From: Octopus vulgaris
Lineage: Eukaryota
Direction of reading: 5' to 3'
DNA: 64,000 nt
Assembly: GCA_951406725.2 (NCBI GenBank)
Contig: OX597830.1
Span: 75,702,001 to 75,766,000, forward strand
Shown here: positions 1 through 17,128 of the stretch, piece by piece
Layout of the letters: each line of letters starts with the position of its first letter
Position numbering within the stretch: position 1 is the stretch's first letter
Notes under the pieces: generated by a model
What the model was told of the DNA's origin: nothing
Seen by the model: the letters and a program-made list of their open reading frames with translations, nothing else
Databases searched by the model: none
Position numbers and translations under genes: made by a program

Positions 1-141
1 TTTGTTGTGGGACAAGTTGGAAATAAAGAATTGAGTTCAGGGCTGTGAATGGAAATGGATAGTTAATGAATAGCTAGTTAAACGAGTGTGTGTTTCAGCG
101 CATGTGTTTATATGTGTATGTGTGTGAGAGAGAGAGAAATA

Positions 142-201
<60 letters not shown>

Positions 202-282
202 GTGTTTGCGAGTGCGTATATTTGTGAGAGAAACAGAGTGAGTGAAAGAGTATGCTTTTTTGCTTTTTGTTTGGTGAATTTG

Positions 283-410
283 CTGTGCGGTAAGAAGCTT
301 GCTCCCGAACCACATGGTTCTGGGTTCGTCCCACTACTATAGCAACTACTAAAACCTCGAGCCGACCAAAGCCCTGTGGGTGGATCTGGTACATGGAAAC
401 TGGACGTATC
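283..410 (+). mobile_element. Partial tRNA-derived SINE, family B (CORE-like, Octopus OR-type)
   Basis: gctgtgcggtaagaagcttgct...ggttctgggttcgtcccact...ccgaccaaagccctgtgggtggat matches the head of the fuller copy at 16682-17128; runs into (TA)n. Confidence 0.8.
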
Positions 411-417
411 TATCTAT

Positions 418-581
<164 letters not shown>

Positions 582-1087
582 TAGATAGATAAATAGGTAA
601 TGAGAAAGACAGGGAAACAGCCAGATAGATAGATTGATAGCCAGAGAGGGAGGAAGAAAGAAAAAAAGAGAGAGAAAGATAGATAGGAAAGTAACACAAA
701 TTGTACAACAGAGAGTGAGGGAGTGTTTTTGTTAACACATAACCGTTTGACTTGCCATAACAATACATCAAGTGAAGACTTGAATGGAGATACAATCAAC
801 ATTCACACGTGGTTCTGAATTGACCAAGTAGACTGATGTTCAGCTGTACTGGATTTAAATAAATGAACAGCAATGACGTCATCAGCTTCTTCCTCTTTCT
901 CCTACTCCGCATCGTCGTCATCGTTGTCATCATCATCGTTGTCATCATCGTCTACATCACCATCTTCCTCATCATTAACATCATCATCAACATCATCGTC
1001 TTCGTCGTCGTCGTCGTATCATCATCATAATCATCATCATAATCATCATCATAATCATCATCATCATCATTATCATCATCATTATCT

Positions 1088-1309
1088 ATTTCTTTATTAC
1101 CCACAAGGGGCTAAACATAGAGGGGACAAACTAAGACAGACATAGGTATTAAGTCGATTACATCGACCCCAGTGCGTAACTGGTACTTAATTTATCGACC
1201 CTGGAAGGATGAAAGGCAAAGTCGACCTCGGCGGAATTTGAACTCACAACGTAACGGCAGACGAAATACCGCTCGGCATTTCGCCCGACGTGCTAACGAT
1301 TCTGCCAGC
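1088..1309 (-). mobile_element. tRNA-derived SINE, family A
   Basis: Reverse complement is nearly identical to 30508-30743, including the A/B-box-like head (ggcagaatcgttagc...gagttcaaattcc), central gtcgactttgcctttcatcc domain and cccttgtgggtaataaagaaata tail. Confidence 0.92.
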
Positions 1310-1958
1310 ATTATCATCATTATCATCATCATCATCATCATCATCATCATCGCCATTTTGTTCATCATAATCATCATCATTGTCTTCATCATATCATCAT
1401 TATCACCGCCATTATCATTCTAATCCTTATCATCGTCGTCTCTTTGTCGTCGTTGTCGTCATTGTTATCATTGGTCATCATCAATAACATCATCATCATA
1501 TATTCTTCATCGCTGTATTATCCGAATCCTCACTCTGTCATCATCCTGGCAATCAAAGACATCCCTTCCGTCATCTTCATCATCATAGATATTACTATCA
1601 CTACGATCGCCACCATTTACAAAATCAACGAACTGACAAGAAAGTTATTACACCGTTGCAAAACCTGTTGGATAAAACAACATACACCTCAAATACCATA
1701 GTACTATCAATGATTGAACTGTCGTTGTAGCCTACATCACCCAATCTACTGTAGTTGATACAGTTCTTCACTTTTCTCCTTACTTCTCTGCACCATGCAT
1801 CATTCACACAGCAATCCAAACACCACACACATTGATCCGATAATTATAAAACTTGAAAGTGTCTGTCAACAGGATCCTGTCTGTATTGTCTCTTTTAGCG
1901 ATAACTTATAACAAGAAGCATCGCCAGGATATTACTCTTCTTGATATATAAGTTACTT

Positions 1959-2175
1959 AAGGCGGCGAGCTGGCAGAAACGTTAGCACGCCGGGCGAAAT
2001 GCTGAGCGATATTTCGTCTGCCGTTACGCTCTGAGTTCAAATTCCGCCGAGGTCGACTTTGCCTTTCATCCTTTCGGGGTCGATAAATTAAGTACCAGTT
2101 GCGTACTGGTGTCGATCTAATCCCCCCACCCCCAAAAAAAATTTTTGGGGAACCTTGTGCCTAGAGTACAAAACA
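1959..2175 (+). mobile_element. SINE family A with 15-bp TSD
   Basis: aaggcggcgagctggcagaaacgttagc...gagttcaaattccgccgaggtcgactttgcctttcatcctttcggggtcgataaa; TSD atatataagt(t/c)actt at 1944-1958 and 2176-2190. Confidence 0.92.
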
Positions 2176-2190
2176 ATATATAAGTCACTT

Positions 2191-2390
2191 GGAGGCGACG
2201 AGATACTAAATTCGTTACCGTACCCGGAACAAATGCTTAGCGGAATTTCATCCGTGTTCCCATTCTGAGTTCAAATTCTGCCGAGGTCAGCTTTGCTTTT
2301 CATCTTTTCGAGGTCGATAAATTAAGTACCAGTTGAGTATTGGGGTGGATGAAATCGATTTACTAGCCTTGTGCCAAAATTTGAAATCAG
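2191..2390 (+). mobile_element. Older, diverged SINE family A copy
   Basis: gagttcaaattctgccgaggtcagctttgctttcatcttttcgaggtcgataaattaagtaccag. Confidence 0.85.
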
Positions 2391-2786
2391 TATGTATCTC
2401 AGTTAACTGGCACTCCGTCGCTTGAGCACCACCGTTACGATCCTGAGCTGAATCCCCTTACCACTAATCCACCCTCCTTCACTCAGTTATAACCGTCGAA
2501 AATGCTCAAAATGCTGGGCTCCACTATCACCGTGCATCCCTTCTGGCGAAAGCAGATCTTTAGCATAGCTACAACTGCATTCTTAACTGTTGCCCTTCTT
2601 TTTAGAACCAAAAGATATGCCAGTTCTTTGTTCCTGCCGACACTCAATGGAGGACAGCAAGGCTCCACTCAATGAAGTACAGCAACGACATTCGATACAG
2701 GGGGTAATGCTACTTACACAAGTATCAAGTGAAGGACTACACAATTGACTAACATTCAGTTACTTGCGAAGTTGCTCGAGCATCAC

Positions 2787-2829
<43 letters not shown>

Positions 2830-3689
2830 ATCATCATCATCGTCATCAACGACATCATCGTCATCATCATTACTACCACCATCGCCGCCGCCGCCACCAC
2901 CACCACCACTATCATCACCGTCGTCGTCGCCATCATCATCTTCATCATCATAGCTCCTTTTAGTATCATCGCCCTGTCATCATCATCATCATCATCGTTA
3001 TCGGCACTGTCATGAGATTATTCGTCAGTCATTAATCTCTGATATTTTCATGGACACTAAAATGGCTTCTGCTCCTCACAGGCAGCCGGTCTAATTTTCC
3101 ACCACTTGGACACCCTCCCCACGAGCTACTCGTCTGACCATCTCTCATCTCGTTGCGTTTAAACCCCTATCCACGGAACTTCATTTGCCAACATTGCTAG
3201 TCCTTTCTCGTCCGAACCTCATCTCTTTGGAATCTCAACACAGCTCATGATTTTATACTGCAAGTGTTGACAAGTAACAGCTTAAATGAGACATCAACGC
3301 AGTGAACGCCTCGGGCTTTCGAAGGACCAGCAAGAATTAGTGCACATCCCGTTCCTTCAGGCTCAATAAGTGCAAAGTAAAACAAAAGGAATGGAGTGAA
3401 AATATTCCTCAATATTACATGTACTTACAATCAATATTGCGGTATCGATTTAATTAACCATGATCTCTCCCATTGTATTTGTTACATCATGTAAAGAAAC
3501 AAAAGGAAGTTTTAAAAAAACATTGCATTTTAAGAAATTAATTAGGATTTTCGGAGATGTACTTACCTGAAGTAATCTGATATTGAATCGTGTACTTAGC
3601 GGATAATAGATATCAGCCTTTCAAAAACACAAAGATTGTTAACTTCACGTAAACACTTATTTGCTATCGAAGTTCTGACACCAAATAAT

Positions 3690-4075
3690 CATTCTATTAT
3701 TGGCACAAGTCCTGAAATTTTAGGTTTGAAGATCTAGTCGATCACAGCGATCCGGGTGCTCAACTGGCATTTATTTTATTGACAGCTGACCTCGTGAAAT
3801 TTGAACTCAAAACGTAAAGGCAGAAGAATGGTGCTCAATATTTCTGGACAGTGCGTTAACGGTTCTGTCAGCTCACCGTCTTAAATAACTGTTTCTAATA
3901 TAGGAATGAAACCTGGAAGTTAGATATGTGGGCATCTAATTTTATCGACACTGAAAGGATAAAAAAAAAAGCAACGTAGACCTCGGCAGAATTTGAACTC
4001 AGAACATAAAACTAGAATAAATGGTGTTGAGTAATTTTGTCTGGTGTGCTAACGATTTTGTCGGCTAGCCGCCTT
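3690..4075 (-). mobile_element. Two tandem diverged SINE family A copies
   Basis: Two occurrences of gacctcg..aatttgaactca..aac.taaa with heads ending near 3882 and 4075; tgacaccaaat repeated at 3677 and 4077 as a likely TSD. Confidence 0.8.
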
Positions 4076-4894
4076 TTGACACCAAATCATAAATGTTCAA
4101 ATGAACTCAAGAGATTTTGTGTGTTTTTGAACGTCTACTATGTGTCTTCCACGCTGTAATTATTTTAATTATGTGTACCGAACAAGAAGTTCCAAACTTG
4201 TAGCCTTTTAGTTAACCTACTTCAGGATTTGAGACGAAATCGAGAAGTCGACTCGATAAACTAAAATCACCAGACAACGACATGTACGAACCAGAGTCAA
4301 TTCAATCAAAACTATCGTTCTCGAACTTACAAAAGTTATGGCCCCTTTTCGCCCGGCAAATGTGAGAAACCGCCATCAATAATGCTTACTTTTATCACGA
4401 AGAAATAAATATCTATTAATAATTACATTGACATAACCGAGTGAAGAATTTTCTTTTGCTAAATTACTAGACTGTGATTCAATTAGTTGCCACAGGCTTC
4501 GCTTTTATCCGTTGACATTTCATACAATTAAGCCAGAGGTTAATCGAGAACAAATGAAACACGAATGATTTCTTGTAGATATTTTCACTTCAGTCTTACT
4601 TTTTACTTTCTTTCTTTCTTTCTTTCTTTATTTCTTTATTTATTTATTCATTTAGTTTTTGGTTATATTTCATGTGTCTACGATAGAAATCATTATTTTT
4701 TTTTTTTTCAAATTACTATTATTACTACTGCTTGAAATTTTTTTACTACTACAACTACTGCTGCTATTACTTGTGCAGATGATGATGGCGGTGGTGTTAG
4801 TGTTGCTGGTTATGGCGGGTGTAGTATAGTAGTGGTAGTAGTAGTAGTGATAGATTCTTAGTTCTTTTTCTAAGAAATCATATGAAAGAGAATG

Positions 4895-4970
<76 letters not shown>

Positions 4971-5616
4971 TATGCGTGTGTGTGTGCGTGTATATATGTA
5001 TATGTGTAATATAAACACATTATATGTATATACATAGGTACAAATATATATATATATATATATACATATATACAAATATATGTGTGTGCGTGTTTGTATG
5101 CGTGTGTGTGTGTGCGCATGTGTGTGTGTGCGCATGTGTGTGTGTGGGTGTATGTGTATGTGTGTGTGTGTGACACTATTGACTATAAACATTTAAACGT
5201 GAAGCGAAAATTTGTATACGCTCTTTTGATTTCGAACACAAAAAAATACCTTCTTTGAGTTGAAGCGGAAGTAAAGAAAAGACATATGTTTTCATTCGTG
5301 ATACACTTTTTTCTTTCTTTTTTTTTGTTTTCCTATTCTATCTTTTTTCGCTTAGTTTTTGCCTAATTTTAGCCTTTCTTTTCTTTCGTTCACTTTTTTA
5401 CATTTTATTTATCTTTTTTTTATTTTGCTTTTTAAAACATTTTTTGGTATCGTTTTTTTCTTTTATTTTTCACTTGAACATTTCGAAAAGTGGATATCAA
5501 TATCATGAGACATATATCTAAAAAGAATATATCAGCGATAAACATGACGTTAAACCCTATAAAAAACACTAGACCCAATCCCTAAAATTAATCCCTAATT
5601 TCGAGCCAGCCACAAC

Positions 5617-5667
<51 letters not shown>

Positions 5668-5677
5668 TAATAATTAA

Positions 5678-5738
<61 letters not shown>

Positions 5739-5743
5739 AAAAC

Positions 5744-5784
<41 letters not shown>

Positions 5785-5810
5785 GGAGGAGGAGGAGGAG
5801 GAGGAGGAGG

Positions 5811-6710
5811 ATAATCTGCACGCACAATATATACTTCGATCTTGAAACACTGATCTAGACAAAGTAACAACCCATCAGTGGCTGAGAAGTTCAGGACTGA
5901 AAGCAGAGACGTAATTTTTTGTATTAGCGGCACAAAATCAAAGCTTGCTTAGCAAAACGTACAAAGCTAACGTTCTTCAAAACGGTTCTGACCCTAAATG
6001 CAGATTCTGCTACACATTTGACGAAGCAATAAACCATTTCGTCTCAGGATGTCCTGTATTGACACCAAACGAATACAAATATCGCCACGATAAGATATGA
6101 TAGTATTTACATTGGAAAATATGCTAACATTACAAAATGAGCACTCTTGCTTACTGGTATGAACATAATCTTGAGCCAGTCGTTGAAGATAAAAAATATC
6201 TCTATCTTCTGGGATTTTCCAGTCAACACGGACAAAACGACCCAGGCTAATCGACCAGATATAATTATTTAAGACAGGGAAGAAAATACATGTAGAATAA
6301 TATATGTAAGTGTTCCCTCTGATAAAAATGCAACAGTAAAGGAATATGTCAAAATAAATATAAGGACCTGGAAATTGAAATGCAAAAAACATGGCATCTT
6401 GAAGAGAAAACTGTTCCTATTATTGTGGGTATCCTAGGTATGATAAAAAAAGGGATGTCAGAAACATCTAGATAATATCCCAGGAGAACCATGTCTCAAA
6501 GAAATCTGAAAGATTGCGCTGACATGTACTGCCCACATCCGTAGAAAAACTCTAAACATTTCAATATCTGTGTTGTATTACATGAAGATATTTCGCTACT
6601 GCCCCTGCCACTTCCGCTCCTCAAGCTTCAGGCATACTGTAACATCGTTTATCCTTCACTCGAGTGTGTGTCAGCAAGTGATTGTAAAAAACGTGCAGAT
6701 TAAAATTAAA
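5811..6710 (+). mobile_element. 5'-truncated R4/Dong-type non-LTR retrotransposon (zinc knuckle plus restriction-like endonuclease, pseudogenised)
   Basis: Manual translation across frameshifts and stops: HQWLRSSGLKAET..AAQNQSL..DPKCRFCYTFDEAINHFVSGCPVL..YKYRHD..LHWKIC..IFWDFPVNTDKTTQANRPDIII..VSVPSD..KYKDLEIE..VPIIVGILG..TAHI; ends in (TAA)n. Confidence 0.88.
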
Positions 6711-6756
6711 TAATGATAATAATAATAATAATGATAATATCAACAACAACAACAGC

Positions 6757-6850
<94 letters not shown>

Positions 6851-6852
<2 letters not shown>

Positions 6853-7671
6853 GAGAATGTATGGGCAGTTTGAAAGGAATACGCTGGACGTTAATGATAA
6901 TAAAGCATCGTGGGCATGGCTTGAGCGAGGTGATTTGAAGAATATCACCGAAAACCTGATCATTGCAGCACAAAACCAGGCTCTTGCTACAAAGTCAGTG
7001 AAGTATAACATCTATAAAACTTCTGACACCCAGAAATTCAGACTCTTTGGAAAGAGCGTGGAAAATGTGACCCACTTGGTAAGTGAATGTGAGAGCTTTG
7101 TACAAAAAGAATGCAATAAAGTGTGTGTGTATCTTCATTGGCTTTTATGCCGTAAATACCAATATGAAGTTACAGAGAAATGATATGAGCTTGTACCAAG
7201 TAAAGTTATGCAGGAGGATGGAAAAGGAACGATACTCTGGGACTAAGATTTTCAGAAGGCTCGTGTAATCAAACACCGTCGGCCGGATGTTGTCATATTG
7301 AATAAGAGATACAAACACTGTCCGATCATTGATGTAGCCATACCAAATGACATGAATGTTGTGAGTAAAGAGGTTGAAAAAATCCCCAAGTACTCCGAAG
7401 TGAAAGTGGAAATGGAAAGACTGTATGGAATGCGAGAGGGTTACGTAAAAAAGATATCAGTGGAGATCGGAGCTTTGGGCTCAATCCCATTGAAACTTTA
7501 AAACTTCTTAAGGCAACTGGAAATCCCATGTAACATTGATATCTTGCAAGAAGCAGCCGTATTGGGGACGGCGCACATCTTAAGGAAAGTATTATCTGTC
7601 TGAGGTCCTTGTTATAACTTGAGAGATGACTAAAGACTCTTGTGCATTTTTACATACACTGTGTTACGAAG

Positions 7672-7672
<1 letters not shown>
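6851..7672 (+). mobile_element. Second, distinct 5'-truncated R4/Dong-type LINE
   Basis: MYGQF..SWAWLERGDLK..LIIAAQNQAL..ENVTHLVSEC..YLHWLLC..ILWD..HRRPDVVI..IIDVAIPND..EKIPKY..IGALGSIP..LGTAHILRKVL (ORFs 6713-7183 and 7298-7501); (TAA)n on both sides. Confidence 0.9.
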
Positions 7673-8385
<713 letters not shown>

Positions 8386-8730
8386 TTAAAAATTTGGTAC
8401 TTGAGTGTTAAGTATCGTGGATAATGGCTATGAGACCTCTGACAACAGGTTGAGGTTCATTCTTAAAGGATTAACCTGAGCAAGTAAAATCGAGATCTCC
8501 GAGAATTATAATGCACACGATAACTAGAACTAAACGAGACTGTGTTTTCCAAAACTTTCTCCGTGTGATCAGTTTGGAAAATTTTTAAGACACTTGGATA
8601 TTTTCCTACATTACTTGACAGGAAATTAATGGTAGCATTAATTCACAAATAAAGAAATTATATTCACCAATACTGTGTTGAGCACTCATTTTCATCTTTC
8701 GACATTAATGTATGCATACATACATACATC

Positions 8731-8859
<129 letters not shown>

Positions 8860-10529
8860 TTGAGACTGAACTCAAAGCCACATGGTGCCAAAACAGTTGT
8901 CTTAACCACCCAGATATGCTTGTAGTGTTTTGGTATTTAATTTATTTTTTAAATAGTTATGTATGTCTTCATGGCTTATTTTCTCAATGTTCATTGTTTT
9001 AATAAATTTCTTATAACTGTTTACAGTTTTTTAATTAATTTTTCTATCGTGTGTATCTATTTCATGTAAAGATTTTTCCTAGACACCATCTATTCTTGTT
9101 TTACCACGTATATTTTAATTTTAAGAAAGAAACTCATCTTGAATTATTCAGTCTGTTACCAACCAAAGTTACCGTAAATGAATTTTGTTCCTAACTACTG
9201 TTTTTTGTTGGAGAATAATATATTATAGCTCTAAAATAAAGGTGTCGTATGGAATCGTATTCCTCCTCTGTCTGTTTATGCATTTTCTATTATATTTGCG
9301 ATATTTGGACAGGGAAGTTCGGGTTTTTAAGATCAAATTTTTTTTAATGCTAAAAAAGAAATTTTTGTTATGTCCAACAATCTGAGAATTTTAGTAAGAA
9401 CTGTTGTTAATAATTAACACATTTATTTTGAGCTGCTATTTAATAAATACGTCACTGTCAAAAAAGGGGTGTGAAGTAGCTTTGTCGACACTCACAGCTT
9501 GGTGAAATATCAGCAAGTCATAGAAACTGGGGTACTAGTCAGAATAATTTTAAAATGTACAAACTCCGCTGAAAACATAAAAGTATCTAAAAGTAGTCTT
9601 AAGCAAAGTGCTAGAGTGCCGTAAGTAGGTGTAAATAATATCTATAATAGAAATATCCACTTCATGAAACATTTTTCAGACGAGTAACAAACAAACAGAA
9701 ATAAAGAATTAATGAAAGTTCTACTGAAGATGAGAAGGAAAAATGAAACCAAGAATACAATATTATGAGTAAACATTAGATGAGTTACTAAGGATGAGAG
9801 ACAGTAAATCACATTCATACAGAAAAACTATATGAAATGATGAGGTATAGCTGAAATGAAGAGAAGAAATATACATCAAACAGAATAAGGAATTATAATA
9901 AGGATCGAAAAAGAACTGAAAGGGAAGAAGGGAAGAAGTGTAACAAAGAAAGGACAATGGGGGAAAATGATAAACAAAAGGCAGCAGGAAATATTTTTGT
10001 AAATGAAGGAGAAAAACGGGGAAAGCTAAGGTCAACAGATAAATGGCCAAAGCTCTTAGAATAAAGAGATGAAACAAAAAAGGAAATGTTGATTATATTT
10101 AGGGAGAAGATGATTCAAGGACAATATTTTCATCATGATTTCTCAGTTCAACATGGAAGGAAAACTCAGACACTGATAAGCAAAGATGCACGTACGTCTA
10201 TTTGCGTGTGTATGGATATTACTTTGCGCCAATGATAGTGAGGAACTGAATGTGCGTAGAGGGTTTGCAAAAAAAAGAGAAAGAGAGAGATAAGTAAATA
10301 ATTCTGAGAATCCCTCACTCTATATAAGTATATATATATATAGATATATACATACACACATATATAGTTATTCATAACGTACAATATACATGTATATATG
10401 TATGTATACATATATATACACACATATACATACATATATGCACGAGTCCTGACATTTAAACATTGCATTTCCACTCACACAATCTCTTTTTCTCTTCTCT
10501 GTGTCTAACTTTATATATATGTATATATA

Positions 10530-10595
<66 letters not shown>

Positions 10596-10751
10596 TATAT
10601 ACATATATATATGTATATATATATATTATACATATACATATATATATATGTGTGTATATAAATATATATATATATTTGTATATATGTATGTATTTATGCG
10701 TCTATTTGTATATACACATGTGTGTGTATGTAAATATGTGTATATCTACTA

Positions 10752-10815
<64 letters not shown>

Positions 10816-10965
10816 CAAGTGTATGTTTGTGCGTGCGTGTCTATGTATAACAGATTTTTTTCTATTTTAGATCGACATAAATAGAGCAAAAATTCGGGGT
10901 TAGATTGAAAAAAGATTCAAAAACACGCACACAAACACATAGGTCATATGTAAGCGTACATGCAC

Positions 10966-10996
<31 letters not shown>

Positions 10997-10997
10997 G

Positions 10998-11035
<38 letters not shown>

Positions 11036-11803
11036 AAGATGGATGCTATGTAGGTATGGTGCGGTTGGCTAGGGATGTAACAACAATATGAAATGGAAAA
11101 CAAAAATAAACAAACAAAAGCATTGCTGCGTACGTTCAGAGTTTTAGAATAGTTTAGAGAAGAGAAACTTGCATTGCATTGAACATAAAACCTAACAAAG
11201 TTCTTTGACCCTTTGATCTTTCTATTCATCGCTTCTTCTTCTTCATAGACTTACCATATTCCCATGTTTGTTACGTTATCTATTTATTTTCATGGTTGTT
11301 TGTTTGTTTGTTTGCTTGCTTGTTATTATCATTATTGTTATTAATGATGATGTCGATATTGTTGTTCTTGCTGTTGTTGCTACTGCTGCTGCTGTGCTGC
11401 TGTTCGTTATTGATGATGATGCTGTTGATGTGTTTATCGTTTCGGTTGCTTCTTCAAACCCCTTGCATTTCTTGCTTTCACCGTTTATTCTGAATTCCGT
11501 TATTCTTGTGTCTATTGTTCTTTCATTCGTTTATTCTTTCAAAAAATTTCTCTCTCTTCTTCCTTTGTTGACTGCAGTAGATTTTTTTTGTTTTTTTATT
11601 GTTTTTACTTATTTTCCTTTTTAAAATTTCCTTTAAAATATTCTTTTACATTTTTCATCACTCTTTCGTTCTTCAACGTACTTTCTTACACGTAAATATA
11701 TGCGTGTGTATATATATATCCAAATATCCATATATAGATATGTGTGTGTGTAGATATATATCTGCATCAGCCAACATATATGTATATGAATTTATATAGA
11801 TGT

Positions 11804-11839
<36 letters not shown>

Positions 11840-12440
11840 GTATATATATGCATATATATATATACATACATGTTTATATATACTTGCATATAGTGTATGT
11901 ATGTATGTATGTATGTATGTATGCATATAAGCACATATATTCATAGATACATGATTTTCATATGAATTTTTAGAATATTTTTAGAAGTTTTCTTTCGATT
12001 TTTGCAATATTTATATACTTTTTTCTATCTCTTATATAATTCTTTTAGTTAATTTCTGCCTAGTTTTTCTATATATTGGTGGGGGCGGACTTCATTTTTT
12101 CCTTTTTTTTCCTATTATTTTTAGGTGTGAATTACTCAATAATAATAGTTACACATTGTTTAAGAACAAATATTCTTCATTCTATGCTTTACAAAGTTAT
12201 CTATTGTTAGGTTCTTCAATATGATGCATTGTTTTCGTTATTTTTTACATATATTTTCCCACTCATTCATACTCTAAGTTTAAGTGCATGCGTGTTTCTC
12301 TGTATATGTGTGGCTGTGGTTTAAATTTATTATTTTTTTTTTTACAGGATTCAAGTATTATTTTTTAAAGTTGTTTAAAACTTATATTGTACATTTTTAT
12401 AATTATACATACATATATACATATAGATATACATGTACAC

Positions 12441-12497
<57 letters not shown>

Positions 12498-12594
12498 TGT
12501 ATGTATATATTCATATATATGTATATGGTTATACGTATCTGGCTCAGAGTTTCATTACAGCTCTCTCTCTCTATCTCTCTCTCTCTCTCTCTCT

Positions 12595-12700
<106 letters not shown>

Positions 12701-12719
12701 CATATATATATATGCATAC

Positions 12720-12767
<48 letters not shown>

Positions 12768-12808
12768 ATATAATATATATATATATATATATATACATAC
12801 ATATATAT

Positions 12809-12839
<31 letters not shown>

Positions 12840-12898
12840 ATATAATTAATATATATATATATAACAGTAGTGAAACTCTGAGCCAAATACTTATAACC

Positions 12899-12944
<46 letters not shown>

Positions 12945-13484
12945 GTATATATGCATGTATACATGTATATACACACACATATATATATGGTATTATATAC
13001 ATACATATATATGCGTATACATAGGATATATATGTGGAATCTAAAGATATATATATATGTATGTATATATACATATATATACACACATACATAACACGCA
13101 ACACTCACAACACACACGCAATTCTCATACACAAACTCGCACGCAAACTCACACATACATACACATTTATATATATCTTGGTGCATGTATGCGGTTGTAA
13201 TATTCATTGATCTTGAAAGCTCCTACTCCTGCAGCTGCTGCTACTGATGCGGGTATCTGCACTACAATGCACTTTCAAACCACACGCATTCATTATGCTT
13301 TAAATAATTCTTATAATAAGCGATAAATGCATCCCCAAAATTTTTACATTGACTTTTGCAAACATCTCAATGTATGCCTGCATGCATGTGTGTATGTATG
13401 TATGTATGTATGTATGTATGTATGTATGTATGTATGTATGTATGTATGTATGGCTTGATGGTTGGATGTATGTATGTATGTGTA

Positions 13485-13522
<38 letters not shown>

Positions 13523-13734
13523 CGTAGGTATCTAAGTGTGTGTGTCTTTGGGTATTAGTATATCAGAGTGCATGTGCTTGAAGTCGCTCACTTAAATTTA
13601 GTATATCAATCACTTTCTTTATTTCACTAATCGTTTATTCTCTCTGAAATCAGTATATGTACAGTAACGGATGGATTTCTGGAATGGACAGGGTGGTGTT
13701 TAATCAATATATATACATACATGTACATATATGT

Positions 13735-13765
<31 letters not shown>

Positions 13766-13802
13766 TATACAAATATATGTATATATATGTATATATAAGT
13801 GT

Positions 13803-13838
<36 letters not shown>

Positions 13839-14074
13839 GTATACCTGAAGGTCAATATGTTGTTATACATATATATGAGGTAGGGTCCATGAACGCTTGG
13901 ATGTGTGTGTATGTGCATGAGTCTGAATGTTTGAATATGTACATCTGACTTTGGCGGATTTTAATTTCTGCAAGAATTAATTTTAAATTATCCATAAAAC
14001 CATTTTTGCCATGCTAAATATTAAGTACTACATATCAAAAGTTATTCAGGCTGCTGTTGCTGCTACTGCTGCCG

Positions 14075-14148
<74 letters not shown>

Positions 14149-14376
14149 GCTGCTACTACTACTACTACAACAAAAAATTCACTACTACTCTTAAGAATTA
14201 TAGTATTAATACCATAAGTAATTCTACCAATATTATGAAGAATATTCCTTCTACTACTACTATTAATATAACAACAATAATAATAATATTTAAGCAACGT
14301 AAGCATTAACAAAACTGTGACTCCTACAATGAATTAACATCCCCAAGAAGATTCTGTTTTACAAAAACGATATATG

Positions 14377-14475
<99 letters not shown>

Positions 14476-14974
14476 AATATATATTTATATATATATATAT
14501 ATATGTGTATATATATATACGTAGACCTGTACTCTCATACATTCACACATGCGTATGTACATATACATATTCATCATAGACACTTGAAAATCATAAAAGA
14601 ATTCTTTAAAATATTATAGGTGTGTCTATGTATGTGTGTATGTCTATATATATTTGTGTGTGTGCATATATGTATAATTATATACACGAACATACACATA
14701 CGTTAACAATGTAATGGTAATACACATGAAAAAAAAAGCATGCCTGTTAAAGAATGGGGAAGAAAATGCGATTTTTTAAAGATAAATAAAATCTAAATAA
14801 AATAAATCAATAATAAATGAATATATAAATATATAAAACATCAATTAATAAATATATAATATAAATAAAAATAATAAATCTCAACCTTTTGTAAGGAGGA
14901 AGTAAGAAAGTTTCTCAGAGAGAAATACAACGCCATATTCTTTTATCTTTTTCCATTGTGCTTCTCACACTATT

Positions 14975-16114
<1,140 letters not shown>

Positions 16115-16631
16115 GCAGTACCAAACCCTCGTGGTTTCTGATCTTAATTGACTGGAAGTGTTATCATGTACATTGTTTTGTCGTGGTATAAAAGATGTTC
16201 TACAGCAAATATTTTGCTCCATACTACAAATTTGCTTGTCAGTTGTCTGACCTTAACCAGTTGAGCATGTTCTTTCAATGACAGACGATATGTGCATTTC
16301 TGAGCATGAGCAAAATTAGTGGGGGGGGGGCATCGTAGCCATGTAATACGAGGAATTCGTTGGGATTTGGATAATTCATCTCTGGAAACATGGTTGTTTC
16401 GTTCAACATCCTCAAACGACCCATATTCATGGACATTTTAAGCGGGATGGACTACTCGACCTGAAGAATTTTCTAACTAGTCCCCACCTGCAAGCTTATG
16501 CACTGTTTATCATGATATGAGATCATCATGTCGCTCACTTGTGGTTGTGAGGCATGTGCCTGGTGCACCCTAATGAGACCAAAGCCTTGTGAGTGGATTT
16601 GGTAGGCGGAAACTTTCGAAAGAAGTCCGTC

Positions 16632-16670
<39 letters not shown>

Positions 16671-16681
16671 TAAAATTTTGA

Positions 16682-16844
16682 GGCGTAGGAATGTATGTGT
16701 GGTAAGGAAGCTTGCTTACCAACCACGTGGTTCCGGGTTCAGTCCCACTGCATGGCACCTTTAGCAAGTGTCTTCTACTATAGACTCGGGCCGACCAAAG
16801 CCTTGTGAGTGGATTTGGTAGGCGGAAACTGAAAGAAGCCCGTC

Positions 16845-16916
<72 letters not shown>

Positions 16917-17128
16917 TTGTGTGTCTGTGTTTGTCCACCCAACATCGCTTGACAACATGTGCTGGTGTGTTTACATCTCCGTAACTTAGCGGTTCAGCAA
17001 AAGAGACCGATAGAATACGTACTAGGCTTACAAAGAATAAGCCCTGTGGTCGATTTGCTCGACTAAAGGCGGTGCTCTAGCATGGCCACAGTCACATGAC
17101 TGAAACAAGTAAAAGAGTAAAAGAGTAA
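16682..17128 (+). mobile_element. Full-length SINE family B with internal TA/TG microsatellite
   Basis: Head gtgtggtaaggaagcttgcttaccaaccacgtggttccgggttcagtccc; CORE-like ggcacctttagcaagtgtctt; tail cagtcacatgactgaaacaagt(aaaagagt)2; a duplicated internal fragment lies at 16570-16634. Confidence 0.92.

Noticed and set aside
3567-3618. Minus-strand 51-nt exon-like segment with AG/GTAAGT boundaries
   Set aside because: The acceptor is weak, the flank (ttcaaaaacac) has an inverted counterpart near 4120 suggesting transposon-internal sequence, and there is no recognisable protein.
5550-5600. Telomere-like ccctaa motifs
   Set aside because: Only a few degenerate, non-tandem units.
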